A stretch of DNA of 64,000 nucleotides from Alphaproteobacteria bacterium (GTDB taxonomy: Bacteria; Pseudomonadota; Alphaproteobacteria; Rs-D84): contig JAVBPX010000001.1 of the NCBI GenBank assembly GCA_031549365.1, forward strand, positions 137,157 to 201,156. The letters are read 5' to 3'. Position 1 is the stretch's first letter, and the number at the start of each line of letters is the position of its first letter. Of this stretch, positions 51,580 to 64,000 are shown one piece after another. The translations under genes were made by a program, and so were the position numbers. The notes below the pieces were generated by a model that saw only the letters and a program-made list of their open reading frames with translations, had not been told where the DNA came from and ran no database searches.

Positions 51580-52629
51580 ATGCAGAAAATAATCCTGTTT
51601 CAAAAAACGCTATCCGAAATCGAATCATTGGCGGCCCCATTGGGCGGACCAAAGTTTCGCGCCAAACAATTATACGAATGGGTTTCCCGTGGGGCGCCAT
51701 CGTTTGACGATATGACCAATTTGTCTGCTGAATTTCGAAAAAAATTGGCGGAATTGTTTCAGCCAATGCCTTGCGTTATTGAACGAGAATTAACATCAAA
51801 CGACAAAAAGACAACCAAATTTTTATTACGCTTTTCTGATAACGTTTTAATTGAAACAGTTTTAATGCATACAAATTACGGGGCTTCTGTTTGCGTATCA
51901 TCACAGGCGGGCTGTGCCATGGGATGCAAATTTTGCGCATCAACATTATTGGGCGTTACACGCGATTTGACCGATATTGAAATGTTGGCACAAACATATA
52001 TTGCTTCGTTTGTTGCGTCACGTAATGATACGCGTTTATCACACATGGTTGTTATGGGTTCGGGCGAACCATTAATGAATACAAAAAATGTGATTTCATT
52101 TTTGGAAATGGCGCATGATCCGGACGGATTAAATATCGGATACCGGCATATGACTGTGTCGACATGTGGCATCGTGTCGGGCATGAATGAATTGATTGCA
52201 TGGGGAAATCCGATTAATTTGGCAATTTCTCTGCATGCTCCGACCGATGAATTGCGTTCAAAAATAATGCCAATTAATCAAAAATATCATTTGAACGAAA
52301 TTTTGGCGACGGCCGACAAATGGGTCAACAAAACCAACCGATTGGTAACATACGAATATATTTTATTGGGCGGCGTCAACGACAGCGCGGACGATGCAAT
52401 TAAATTATCAAAATTATTACACGGGAAATTGGCCATGGTAAATATTATCCCATGGAACCCAGTTGATGAACGCGACTTTAAATCTGTTGCAAGAAACACA
52501 ATTCATGAATTTGTAAATATTTTGGAACAAAATAATATAAACGTAACTGTTCGTCGTGAACGCGGATCGGATATTGATTCTGCGTGTGGGCAATTACGTC
52601 ATCAAACCATCAAAAAATCCGGGAATTAA
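51580..52629 (+). CDS. rlmN: Dual-specificity RNA methyltransferase RlmN
   Basis: CVSSQAGCAMGCKFC, MGSGEP, SLHA, ACGQL. Confidence 0.95.
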   Translation: MQKIILFQKTLSEIESLAAPLGGPKFRAKQLYEWVSRGAPSFDDMTNLSAEFRKKLAELFQPMPCVIERELTSNDKKTTKFLLRFSDNVLIETVLMHTNYGASVCVSSQAGCAMGCKFCASTLLGVTRDLTDIEMLAQTYIASFVASRNDTRLSHMVVMGSGEPLMNTKNVISFLEMAHDPDGLNIGYRHMTVSTCGIVSGMNELIAWGNPINLAISLHAPTDELRSKIMPINQKYHLNEILATADKWVNKTNRLVTYEYILLGGVNDSADDAIKLSKLLHGKLAMVNIIPWNPVDERDFKSVARNTIHEFVNILEQNNINVTVRRERGSDIDSACGQLRHQTIKKSGN

Positions 52630-52632
52630 ATC

Positions 52633-52860
52633 ATGAATGCATTTATTCAAATAATGATTTTCGCATGTGGCGCTGGTTCAATTTATTTGTTAAATCGCCA
52701 CGATAAATATTCAAAATATGGCGCAATCATCGGAATGATCGGGCAACCATTTTGGTACATATCCACATGGGAAACCGCGTCATGGGGCATATTTTTTGCA
52801 AATTTTATATATACATATTCATATGCGATTGGAATTTATAATTTTTGGTTAAAAAAATAA
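52633..52860 (+). CDS. Small hypothetical membrane protein
   Basis: Three hydrophobic helices, GQPFW motif, 3 nt after rlmN. Confidence 0.7.
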   Translation: MNAFIQIMIFACGAGSIYLLNRHDKYSKYGAIIGMIGQPFWYISTWETASWGIFFANFIYTYSYAIGIYNFWLKK

Positions 52861-52930
52861 AATCCTACTTGCAAAATTATTTTTTGATTATAGACTGTCG
52901 GATTATAATCCCAAAACCCAGGGGCGGCAA

Positions 52931-53551
52931 ATGAGTTTTATAAAACAACAATTAAAACGCTTGGATTTTAAATTTTATCCAACCAGCATTATTTGTGCCG
53001 TAATGTTCCCAATCGCTTTGTTATGCGGAATTTATATGCCGGAACGTTATGCTTATGAAAATTCCGCCGTTGAAATTATACAGATAATAATTTTGATTAC
53101 TTGTGTTATTTTTCCACTAACTATCAAGCATCATAAATATTTATTCCGCTTTGTATCTTTGGTCGCATTTATATTGTTGTTACGAGAAATCAGCATGGGC
53201 CGAGTATTTTTCCCAATTTCTGGAAAACTGGACACATACAAAAAGTGGTCTGAAATTGGGGTTAATTCATTAATCCCAAATGCTATTTATGTTATAATAA
53301 TTGCATATTCTGTAATATATTTTTTCCAAAAAAAACTGTGGAATCCTGTTTATGATTATGCAAAAAACGCGCGCATCGCAATTTGGGATTTTTCTTTTAT
53401 GGTGATTTCGGTGGTTATTTCTGAAATTTCAGAAAACAAATATCATGCCTTTGTAACCGAAGAATGCTTTGAAACCATCCTGTACATCGCGGTATTGGGA
53501 ATAATATATAAATACGGATTTCGTCCAGAATTTAAATTAAAATCAAAATAA
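52931..53551 (+). CDS. Hypothetical polytopic membrane protein
   Basis: Multiple TMs, EN..VE..Q and REIS.GR motifs. Confidence 0.75.
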   Translation: MSFIKQQLKRLDFKFYPTSIICAVMFPIALLCGIYMPERYAYENSAVEIIQIIILITCVIFPLTIKHHKYLFRFVSLVAFILLLREISMGRVFFPISGKLDTYKKWSEIGVNSLIPNAIYVIIIAYSVIYFFQKKLWNPVYDYAKNARIAIWDFSFMVISVVISEISENKYHAFVTEECFETILYIAVLGIIYKYGFRPEFKLKSK

Positions 53552-54769
53552 TTATTGGCGATACCAACTGGACCCAAATACGATATACCAACCGAATTCT
53601 CCGTCGGAACCAACCGCAACGTCAACACCTGCGCGCAAATTTAATAAACGCGACAACAAGTAACGCCCGCCAACACCATAACTGTATGCCCAAGGTGTTT
53701 TTGAAAATTCATCAAATTCATCGAAACCTTTGCCCACGCCTCCGAATGCAACCAAGCTCCACCGTTTGGTTTCACCGAAATCAAAACGCTCTTCCAATTC
53801 AATCAATCCTGTATAATTACCCTGATAACGCAATGCTGCAATACCGCGCATATCAATATACGGCTTCATATAAAACGGAGCATTTCCATACAACTGTTGA
53901 AAATCAATTCGCAATCCATTGATCCAACGATCCGTTAATGGGATATACCAATATAACGCCTCTTCCATTTGTTGGAAATTTTGATCGCTGCCAATTAAAT
54001 CAGAACTGAATTTGGCATTAACATACGCCTTGATTCCATCATTCGGGGTAAAGGTATTATCACGTGTATCGTATTCAGCAATGATTCCAATTTTTGACTG
54101 AACTGAGTCAAAATCACGAATCCAATCGTCTGGAATGTTTGGATTGTCAATCCTGGGCTTTACATCAACATCAGAAAACATATAATCCAGCGCGATTGTA
54201 AATCTTGGATCGGATAATCGTTTTCCGATGTATAAATACGCCGGGATAACACGCATATTCATACCGAATTTCGCGGTTTTATCAATATTTGGAAAATATT
54301 TATAAAAATCCAAATTGGCATCGGCATAACCCGCCCCCACCTTGTATTTAATTCCCCAATCATTGATTTCGCCAATACGCCCACCACCAATTGCCCAGGT
54401 GTCATTGGCCGTATATGCCGCCATAATTGCAGTCATTGTTGGTTGCGTTGGATATGTTTTTCCATCACGAACCACTGGGGGATTTCTTTGAATAAATACT
54501 GGAACAAAACCCAAACCGAAACTGCCCACTGCGGGTTCGGTTATAATAATTGGCACAGGAATAAATCCATGCGCATTTAAAACAAATTCAGACAAATCCA
54601 AATAACCATCGGTTGGATCGAAAAAAGACAAACTTTTTTCGACCGGCTTTGCTTCCGATTTTTCGGATGATTGTAATGTTGATTTTTTTACATCGGGTCC
54701 CGATACTTCCGCGGCAAATAATTGCGTGGTTAAAAAAATTGATAAAATTGCAAATGCAAATTTTTTCAT
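53552..54769 (-). CDS. Omp85/BamA-TamA-like beta-barrel outer membrane protein without POTRA domains
   Basis: Signal peptide, YDTRDN.F.P..G, MRG...RY.G, G.G.RY, C-terminal aromatic strand. Confidence 0.8.
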   Translation of the reverse strand: MKKFAFAILSIFLTTQLFAAEVSGPDVKKSTLQSSEKSEAKPVEKSLSFFDPTDGYLDLSEFVLNAHGFIPVPIIITEPAVGSFGLGFVPVFIQRNPPVVRDGKTYPTQPTMTAIMAAYTANDTWAIGGGRIGEINDWGIKYKVGAGYADANLDFYKYFPNIDKTAKFGMNMRVIPAYLYIGKRLSDPRFTIALDYMFSDVDVKPRIDNPNIPDDWIRDFDSVQSKIGIIAEYDTRDNTFTPNDGIKAYVNAKFSSDLIGSDQNFQQMEEALYWYIPLTDRWINGLRIDFQQLYGNAPFYMKPYIDMRGIAALRYQGNYTGLIELEERFDFGETKRWSLVAFGGVGKGFDEFDEFSKTPWAYSYGVGGRYLLSRLLNLRAGVDVAVGSDGEFGWYIVFGSSWYRQ

Positions 54770-54822
54770 GCTAAAATTATATCATAAATATTCAAAAAGG
54801 CCACAGGCTTTTATTCCGCACT

Positions 54823-55581
54823 CTATTTTTCACCATTTGCCAGTTTACGCAATTTGTCTTGGTCCGGGTATCCATTAAATATCAATCCATGATCCACAAA
54901 TTGTCCCGTCGCATCGCGACCAATATGACGGATTGATGCATTATCTGGATTTGGCTCGTCTTCGAACCAATCAACAGGATGATGCAACCACATCATAACA
55001 AAAGCACGCAAGACCGTCCCATGCGCAATAATAAAAATATTTTTGATTGGATTGTTGTCGCGTTCTGCATCACGTGTAAATGACCCAAATGTTTGTTGCA
55101 CGCGGGCACAGGTATCAAAACGGCTCTCTCCTCCTGCGGGACGGGCATAAAACTTTCCCTTGTGCTGAACACATAATTGAAATTGTTTGTATTCATTTGG
55201 ATACTGTTCCATTTTTTCAACATCAGTCAATCCGCTGAACACACCAAAATTTTGTTCCGCCAATAAAATGTTTTCACGCTTACGTTCAAAACAATCGGCT
55301 AAATCCCCCATTCCTTCGATTAAACCGTGCATTGTTTGACGCGTACGTAAATATGGACTGAACCATAAACGCATTTGCCCGGTCAAAATTTCTGGATTGG
55401 ATTTTAAAAAACGCGCGAATACTTCGCCCCCTTCGACCGCCTGGGCATGACCATGTGGGGCCAATGGTATCGCATGATCCGGCAAATCCAAATAAACCGT
55501 CCGATCCGCATTAGCCATAGAATTTGCATGCCGCATTAAAAATATGTTTTCCAACCTGTTTTTCGTCATATAATCCCCCAA
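54823..55581 (-). CDS. Histidine phosphatase (phosphoglycerate mutase family)
   Basis: MRHA.S, SPYLRT.QT, EQ.FG, GES, AHG. Confidence 0.9.
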   Translation of the reverse strand: MGDYMTKNRLENIFLMRHANSMANADRTVYLDLPDHAIPLAPHGHAQAVEGGEVFARFLKSNPEILTGQMRLWFSPYLRTRQTMHGLIEGMGDLADCFERKRENILLAEQNFGVFSGLTDVEKMEQYPNEYKQFQLCVQHKGKFYARPAGGESRFDTCARVQQTFGSFTRDAERDNNPIKNIFIIAHGTVLRAFVMMWLHHPVDWFEDEPNPDNASIRHIGRDATGQFVDHGLIFNGYPDQDKLRKLANGEK

Positions 55582-55684
55582 TTTTTCGGATGCATTATAC
55601 CCGAAATCGAAATTTTAATCAAGCCATGCACTTTTTTATTGCAATTTGAAAATTTATCCGTAAAATGCGGTTTACGACATATAC

Positions 55685-55760
55685 GGGTGATTAGCTCAGT
55701 TGGTAGAGCATCTCGTTTACACCGAGAGGGTCGGGAGTTCGAGTCTCTCATCACCCACCA
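55685..55760 (+). tRNA. tRNA-Val(TAC)
   Basis: GGGTGAT/ATCACCC acceptor, TCTCG-TTTACAC-CGAGA, GTTCGAGT, ACCA. Confidence 0.96.
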
Positions 55761-55770
55761 TGAAACACTG

Positions 55771-55793
55771 ACCGCCCGTTTTGGGCGGTTTTT
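55771..55793 (+). terminator. Terminator after tRNA-Val
   Basis: ACCGCCC-GTTTT-GGGCGGTTTTT. Confidence 0.8.
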
Positions 55794-55973
55794 GCTTGGA
55801 TTTGCATACTCTTGGGCTGGTTCGATAATGCGTTTTTTGAAAAGAGTTGTTTTTTACCCATTATCGAACTTTTTGGACGATAAACCTTGGTTTCTATGCT
55901 CTGCATTTATTTTGAAACTAGTTAAAGTGTGATTTGTTCTGTTGAACATCTATGCATAAAGGCATGCAAGTTT

Positions 55974-56837
55974 TTATTTAGTATTAGGTTTTATGGATTT
56001 TAATTTATTAAGCAAAATATATGAAAGAATTTTATTCTTTACATCATACCAAGGTTTGTCCGAATCTTTGATTGCAGATTCATCTTGCTGGCAATAATAA
56101 GCTTCTTTAAAAACTAATTCAAAGCCATCATTTTTCTTTATAAAAAATTCATTTTCTTCACGACCCCATTCTGAAACAGTTTTGAACTTGAAGACATTAT
56201 CGATAGCGTATGTTTCAATAATAGCATCGCCGAACCCCCGCTTATCCGAGACTACAGAGCTTTTATCATTTATTGCGTCAAACAGTTTTAAAATGGATTT
56301 TTCATCGTATCCAGTAGAACAGGTTATATGACTGCTGATTGGCTCTTTGTATCTATATGGGCAAGATTTGCAATATTTTTGATTTATGTGAAAATGAACC
56401 TTATCAAACAATTCATCAATGCGTTCATTGCGTTTTAAATCTTTCTGGGCTTTCTCTGTTATGCGTTCCGTTTCGCAACGTTTATTCATCTGTTTTTCGA
56501 TATTTGCATCCATTTCAGAAATAATGGTGTCAGATATATCTGGTTCCAATGCACGAAATATCTTTTCGATATTATCTGCACGGAATCGGAACATCGGAAA
56601 TTTTCTGTCCAATCTGACGTGTTCATATTCGCGTGGCGAACCATTAGAGGTATCGTTTTTAACAAGTAAATTGCTAATTATTTGGAAAGGCTTGCAATCT
56701 TTTTCGTAATTTATATTCTCGGAGCGAGAACACTTGCGGCCAGATGGCGAATTATATGTGCTTTCGCCATGATAACAATAAAAGTCGCACGGTACAATGT
56801 CCGGCGCAAAATCTAAAAATTCTTTTATGTAATACAT
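55974..56837 (-). CDS. Hypothetical protein (accessory cassette)
   Basis: Long AT-rich ORF, no recognisable family; ATG 56837 preferred as start. Confidence 0.7.
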   Translation of the reverse strand: MYYIKEFLDFAPDIVPCDFYCYHGESTYNSPSGRKCSRSENINYEKDCKPFQIISNLLVKNDTSNGSPREYEHVRLDRKFPMFRFRADNIEKIFRALEPDISDTIISEMDANIEKQMNKRCETERITEKAQKDLKRNERIDELFDKVHFHINQKYCKSCPYRYKEPISSHITCSTGYDEKSILKLFDAINDKSSVVSDKRGFGDAIIETYAIDNVFKFKTVSEWGREENEFFIKKNDGFELVFKEAYYCQQDESAIKDSDKPWYDVKNKILSYILLNKLKSIKPNTK

Positions 56838-56959
56838 GGTTAATATATAACACAAATATACAAAATGTCAACCTATTCTGTACTCTTTAAATTTTCTAAT
56901 TTGTCTCACCAAATTCAAAAAATCACCCGGGAAATTAGTTCGATAATTGTGTAATATCC

Positions 56960-57123
56960 CCCACCAGTATTCTGATGTGTCAGATACATATACCTTAACG
57001 CCCGCAGACCGCGGGCTTTTTCAATGCATTGACTGTGGTATGGCGATATTTATCGCCGTTTACCCCCAATCTATATCCCTTTCTATACAATGCCCGTTTT
57101 GCCATAGTCAATCGGTAAAAAAA
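56960..57123 (+). repeat. Structured intergenic repeat, copy A
   Basis: CCCACCAGTATTCT...GCCCGC..GCGGGCTTTT..TGACT..GGTATGGC..CCCCAATCTAT..TTCTATACAATGCCC..CATAGTCAAT, shared with copies B and C. Confidence 0.9.
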
Positions 57124-57178
57124 ATAGACTTTTCAGAATTTAATGCTATTATCGCTAATAACGACAGGGGTATAAAAA

Positions 57179-57853
57179 ATGGATTTCAAAGAAGATAATA
57201 CACGTAATAAACTTTTATTGTTCGAATATTTTCTTATTAAATGGAATGAATTTGAAAATAATGGTATTAAAAATTTTGGTATAGACCAGTTTTTAAAGTC
57301 CTTAAATTGGCTATTAATGAATAAATTTTTATATTTGACTTGTTTGGGAACCATAGAAAAAAATAAAATTGATTTAGGTATATTTAAAGTTTTTAATAAT
57401 TGGATAGCATTAGAAAAAGGACCATGTTGTATAAATTTGTACGCAAATCGTAGCATATTGTATAATTTTGAATTTACTGATGATAAAAAAAGCCTGCAAC
57501 AGCGATCTGAAACCAAAAGAGAGTTGTTTAATATATATAAATATACCTATCCGGATCTTGTAAAAGATAGGATAAAAGGACTGCCAAATTTTCAAGAATA
57601 TATGTCAAATAGCTATGTAAAAGAATGTGGTCAGATAGATAACTCATTAAAAAATATTTTTGAATACGATTTGATTAAAAACATAATAAAAGGTCGTAAG
57701 ACTCAATGCCTGGTTGATTTTGTTTTACAGAATTCAGATATGTGGACTCGGGCTAAGCTTACAAATGATGGGCGTCTTTCTGTAGATAATCCATACGATT
57801 TACAGATTGAAAAAGAACGAATGTTTGTGAAATTTGCAGAAAAAAGTTTGTAA
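57179..57853 (+). CDS. Hypothetical protein, weakly Panacea/DUF4065 (SocA antitoxin)-like
   Basis: KFLYL...IF..F..W.A...GP....LY resembles the Panacea KLLY...F.AW..GPV...Y pattern. Confidence 0.55.
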   Translation: MDFKEDNTRNKLLLFEYFLIKWNEFENNGIKNFGIDQFLKSLNWLLMNKFLYLTCLGTIEKNKIDLGIFKVFNNWIALEKGPCCINLYANRSILYNFEFTDDKKSLQQRSETKRELFNIYKYTYPDLVKDRIKGLPNFQEYMSNSYVKECGQIDNSLKNIFEYDLIKNIIKGRKTQCLVDFVLQNSDMWTRAKLTNDGRLSVDNPYDLQIEKERMFVKFAEKSL

Positions 57854-57894
57854 TTAGTAAAGTTAAGTATAGGAATTTCGCCATCAGAATACTG

Positions 57895-58107
57895 ACCCAC
57901 CAGTATTCTTGTAGGGGCGGATATTATCCGCCCTTTACTTCTAAAGCCCGCAGACCGCTGGCTTTTTCAATGCATTGACTTCGGTATGGCTGGATTTATC
58001 GCCATTTGCCCCCAATCTATCCGCCATTCTATACAATGCCCATTTTCGCATAGTCAATGGTCGTAAAAAAAAGTACAAATATTATAAATTTATGGTATAA
58101 TGTCGGC

Positions 58108-58131
<24 letters not shown>
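57895..58131 (+). repeat. Structured intergenic repeat, copy B (includes promoter and start of next gene)
   Basis: Same core as copy A; near-identical to copy C through TGGTATAATGTCGGCATGG.CAAGAGGATAAAAGCTGTGAA. Confidence 0.9.
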
Positions 58132-59108
<977 letters not shown>

Positions 59109-59109
<1 letters not shown>

Positions 59110-62100
59110 TGAAACGCCTTCTGATTATATTTTTGATGTTATTTACGGTGCCAGCGGTTGCGGCATTACCGACCGAAAAGAATTTGGCGTTCAGTTCCGA
59201 AATTGTCAAGGGCGCAATTGTTGAACTGGTGTTGGAGAAGAACCAAGAAAAAACCGCGAACATTTACGATGAACTGGTATCAAATGACGATGGCACGGTA
59301 TCAATCGAAGACTTGTTCGCCGTATGTCGTGTTGCCGGGTGGAATACGTATCGCGCAGATGGTTTTGCACAATGCAAAACATTTATAAATAAATTATTAA
59401 CCGACAGCGAACTGGAATCAGATAACTTACCCGGCGGATTTTGCCCGGGTTTGGATGAAACGGGTAAGAATCCGAACGGGCTGCCCACTATAACAGATCA
59501 AACAATGGTTGGTAATTTTTGTTCCAGTACGAACATTGCCGCCGGTGAAGTCATATTCAGAAAGAACTATAACTGCACTTGCCTTGCAACCGCATGTTAT
59601 CCGGGATTTGCGTTTAATAACGGATTGAAAACTCGCAATGGTGCGTGCTTGGAAGTTATTGCAAACGCGGACAGATCATGCCTGCGCAGTGAACACGCAA
59701 AAACATCACAAAATGATAATATGAAAAAGTGCAAAGATTTTTGTACCGAAAATGCGAAAAAAACCGGATGTAACCATGTATCAACAGTCATGTCGCACAG
59801 TACGGGCAAATGTATCTGTAATGCGAATTCTGGTGAAATAGATGCCGCGAAACAATCAATGAAAAAAGCCGAAGAAGCGCGTTTGGCAAAACTGCCCTAT
59901 TACGAAGTTTGCGGCAAAGATAAAGGCAAAGGAATCTGTATCGAAAATGATTTTAATTGGATAAAAACCAACCGAACCCGGGCAGATATTATAATCAGGG
60001 AATACGCAAAGGCTAAAAAGATTACACAATTGAAGTGCAGTGAAACACATCGCAAGTCCGGGAACGATGATTATATAAAATGTGTGACAACAGATGGAAA
60101 ACAATTTTATGAATTCAAGTTTGATTCTGTTACTGAAACTAATGATAATGCGATGAATATCGGTTTTGAAACTGCATTATGCAATTTATATGGTGGTTCA
60201 TATATGCTTAGCATAAGCGCAAAATCTGGAAAGTTTATTTGGAACGATACAGTTTTAAACGGTTGTAAAACAACATCGTCATCATGTACGTCAATGTCAT
60301 CAGCGGTTGGTCAGGTCGGGCGTAAAGGGGTTTATGATAATAATATTTGTGTTTTTGATACAACGTCATCTGCGCCAAAGGCCGATGGCAAAAAAGTGTG
60401 CGTCGACGACAGTAAATCACAATATTGCGTCCAACAATTTGAATATTTGCATACCACGGCCCCAATGGGTATTGCGATTGCATATCTGTACGCCGATAAA
60501 CATAATATTCGTGGAATGAAATGTAATAATACGCCGGATACAAACCGTGGCTGGCTGGGGCGTGTTGGTGGTGGCGATGATTTTGTACAATGTCAGGCCG
60601 GTGGACATGATTATGAATTCAGATTCGGTGATTTGTCCGAAGGGTATGACGACACCAGATTCAACAGTGATGTCCAGGCAATATGTAGCACAATGACCGG
60701 GAACAAAGTAAGTGCGTGGAAAAACTTTTACGATAACTATTATGGCGATATGGTGTATTGTCCGGGTGTTTCGGCAACCGAATGCGCGCGTATGAACACT
60801 TCGTTGCAATCTGCGGCAACACCATATAAAAGTGAATTCAAAGATAATGTATGCACAATCGCAAGTATTATTTCCCGGGATAAATCAACAGCAAAAAAAC
60901 AGATGGAGGCCGCAAATAAAATACTGACCGATGCGCAACGTGCGGAATTAGAAAAGTTAGCGTCTTTGCAACCAAACTTTAATAATGTCAAAGATGTGAT
61001 TGAATCAAATTTAAAACGTATGTTCCCAAATGCAAAAAAGATTCAATGTGCATCCACAACCATTACAGCAATGAATGAATTTGATGCGCAAAATTTCCGT
61101 TTGGCCGGCGATGACTTTTTAATGTGCTGGGTTGATGATGACCATATAATAATTGAACTGGATGACTCTTCGGAACAAGGCGCATACGAACGTGCACGTT
61201 CTGAATCGGCAATGAATTGCTATGCGGTAGGTGGTCAGTATCAGGGTAAATCTTGTCATGGGTTTACACAATCTGAATGCATGCAATTGAACACAGTATT
61301 GTTATCGCGCGGGTTAAAGGGTGCAAATTGGAACACATTAAATCGCACATGTAATATGGCAGATGCCCAAGATAAAGCGACCAAAGATGTTTTACAAAAT
61401 GTTGGATTGATTGTTGGCGGAACCGTGCTTGCTGTATTTACCGGTGGTGCGTCGTTGGTTGTTGTTATTGGTGCGATTGCCGATTTGACACTGGAAGGCG
61501 CACAGTACGTTAATCACGAACTGGATGAATCCCAGGTTGTGCGCAGAATGGCAGACTTTGAATCGTCGGCAAATAGATGTAAAACCGCAGATTGCGCATA
61601 TAATGCGGTCAAAGATAATTTTGCCAGAATGAACGCGGTTTTGTGGAAGGCGAACAGTGACGACAAAAAACGATATGAAGCCCGAATGTCTGAATTGGCT
61701 GTATTAATCGGTGATGAACAAAGATTTATTGCCGCAACCGAAGAATCAGATTTAACATTTGGTGATAAATTCGGGCAACACGCCGAAGCAATTATTACAT
61801 ATTCACAAATTGTGATTGCCGCCGGAACCATTGGTATTGAATTTGCCGGTCGTGCAGGCAAATTGGGGACGTTTGGGAACACAATGAATAAAACAATTAT
61901 CCCAAGTCCGCTTGGACGTGGTGCCGCGACCGCGGCGCAGGCCGGCGATAGTGCAGAAGATATTTCGCAGGCTGGTCGCAGATTATTCACACCAGATGAA
62001 GCCGAACGTGTTGGAATACGTGAAGTGCCAGATGGTCGTGGCGGATTTAATTACCAAGATGTACGCAATGGTAATAAATTTATGTCACATGATGACGTGT

Positions 62101-63365
62101 TGAAACGCATTGACGAATTACCAGGCAATGGTGCCGCGCCACGCACACCGACCCCAACACCAACCCCAGAACCAGTGCGTCCCATTACACCAGATCCTAC
62201 ACCAGTCACGCCAGCTCCATCGCCTGTGACACCAACAGGCGCAGATATTGTGTCCCTGCGTAATCGTGCCAGTGCAAACTATCAAAAATATCTGGACGAC
62301 TTCAAAGCGACGGGACGTTCGGGTTACGGTTTTCCGAAATCACGTCTTTCTGATGCGGAATGGGCACGCCTAAGCGATGATTTATCAAAAGACGGATTGA
62401 AACTTATTGACGACGGAACTGGTAATATGCGATTTGCCAGCAATGCGTCATCTGCAACGCCGACACCGGCCGCGCCAGAACCAATTCGGCCAGTTGCACC
62501 AACGCCAAAACCAGTGGTGCCAGATATTAACGATATTCGTGCACGCGCCAGTGCAAACATTGATTCATATATAGAACGTGCCAAGGCAAGCCCTGCGTTA
62601 GGTAATGGGGCAGATGCTCCACGTCTTCCCAAAGAACGTTTAACGGATGTGGAATGGGTTATGCTTAATAAATCATTGGAAAGTTCGGGTGTACAGGCAT
62701 TTGAAACGGCAGATGGAGCAATGGTTTTACAGGCCATAGAAAATCCAAGCAATAATAAATTATTCGCAGATATATTTAAAAAAGTAGATTTTAAAGCCGG
62801 CAATGTTGACGAACAAGTGATGACGCAGTTGGTCAAACATAACGGTGAATTTTTTAATGGTCCACAGATAAGAGCTGTCAACGACAAAATATTAACAGGT
62901 TATCAAAATGCATTAAAATCAGATAAACAACTGAGTGAATTCGTTGATTTATGGAAACGCGGCAAATTAGATAAGGGGTACGAGCCATATGTAATGCAAA
63001 AAATTTCGGCATCAGTGCGAAAAGAATTCGGCATAACAAACGATTTTGATATATCTATGTTCAAGGGCGAATTTAATCAGGGCGGAAGCCATGCTATGCA
63101 TGGTTCACGTGGTGCTGGCCGTCAAACTGTTATTAATTTGAATGAGCAAGGATTTTCATCGGGAAGCTTTGGTGATTTTATGGAAACTTTAATTCATGAA
63201 AATGTTCATGGATTGCAAGGATATGGGAAAAGTGCACTTGACAAGGATATTGCAGACATGTCGCGCAGATTTTATGTGTCCGATAACGCAAAGGGATTAT
63301 ATGCAAATAATCCAATAGAAATAGAAGCGCGACAAATTGCCGAAATGGTCAGAAAAGGGTTATAG
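59109..63365 (+). CDS. 1418-aa secreted Cys-rich modular protein with a C-terminal HExxH zincin domain (polymorphic-toxin-like)
   Basis: TAATG coupling to the upstream gene; signal peptide; 3x DD-x3-C...D-x2-E repeats; AVFTGGASL hydrophobic segment; Pro/Thr linkers; 2x RASAN..P+.RL.D.EW repeats; LIHENVHGLQ...NPIEIEA. Confidence 0.85.
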
Positions 63366-63625
63366 TACGTTTTTCGTGATGTTGCGATAAATTTCATTGT
63401 TATTTGGTGCGCTTTCCCTGATATGAAAAATAAATTCCCTGTTATTTGTAATAGGGAATTTTTCGTGGGTTCAGCTTTTATGTCCACAAAAATCGTAGGC
63501 CAGAATCAATCACTGGTTGCGTAATTTTGGTCATAATAGCCCGAAAACATCAAAATTCCCAAATACCCTGATAATGAGTTTTGCGGTCCGTATTCAGGTA
63601 TGGCGAATCTTGCAATCAAATCCCG

Positions 63626-63857
63626 ACCCACCAGTAGTATTCTGACACATCAGATACATATACTATAAAGCCCGCTACCTGCGGGCTTTTTTGATGCTGT
63701 GACTCTGGTATGGCTGGATTTGCCGCCATTTACCCCCAATCTATATCCATTTCTATACAATGCCCATTTTCGCATAGTCAATGGTCGTAAAAAAAAGTAC
63801 AAATATTATAAATTTATGGTATAATGTCGGCATGGACAAGAGGATAAAAGCTGTGAA
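63626..63857 (+). repeat. Structured intergenic repeat, copy C
   Basis: ACCCACCAGT...AAAGCCCGC..GCGGGCTTTT core plus the same promoter/ATG block as copy B. Confidence 0.9.
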
Positions 63858-63986
<129 letters not shown>

Positions 63987-64000
63987 GGCAGGGAGGAGCG

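Noticed and set aside
56947-57198. 83-aa ORF with an apparent zinc ribbon (CIDC...CPFC) across repeat copy A
   Set aside because: TTG start without RBS, crosses a terminator-like hairpin; the second Cys of each pair is lost in copies B and C, and copy C has a stop. A decayed zinc-ribbon origin for the repeat cannot be fully excluded.

Overview
AT-rich bacterial chromosomal window, inferred to be from an alphaproteobacterium (MucR/Ros, yajC-secD-secF, SPOR-tatA, tatBC-nlpD) with a compact genome. The backbone is housekeeping: thrS, prlC, gltX, kdsB, secDF, trmB, rarA, proS, lolA, trpS, tatABC, recJ, mutL, greA, ftsK, lon, HU, rlmN and four canonical tRNAs. There are two tRNA-anchored accessory regions. 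(1) A ~9.7 kb island at tRNA-Ser(CGA), bounded by a 10-bp direct repeat, carries a spirochete-like class I LysRS facing a co-oriented cassette. The cassette comprises a non-canonical tRNA-like gene (6-nt anticodon loop), a class II LysRS with an altered amino-acid pocket, an ALDH-fold enzyme lacking the general-base Glu, and a nucleotidyltransferase. This is the best candidate for an undescribed tRNA-dependent, non-ribosomal system. (2) Downstream of tRNA-Val(TAC) is a cassette-like array separated by three copies of a structured ~160-bp repeat that starts with the tRNA 3' end. Two copies drive leaderless genes with (AC)n tracts just after the start codon (likely phase variation), one of them ahead of a 1418-aa polymorphic-toxin-like protein. 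Also found: a leaderless Thr5 leader peptide upstream of thrS, frequent leaderless promoters, a catalytically dead S41 protease homologue, and a large ORF at the window start that the ORF track missed. All family assignments come from recognising motifs by eye; no searches were run.
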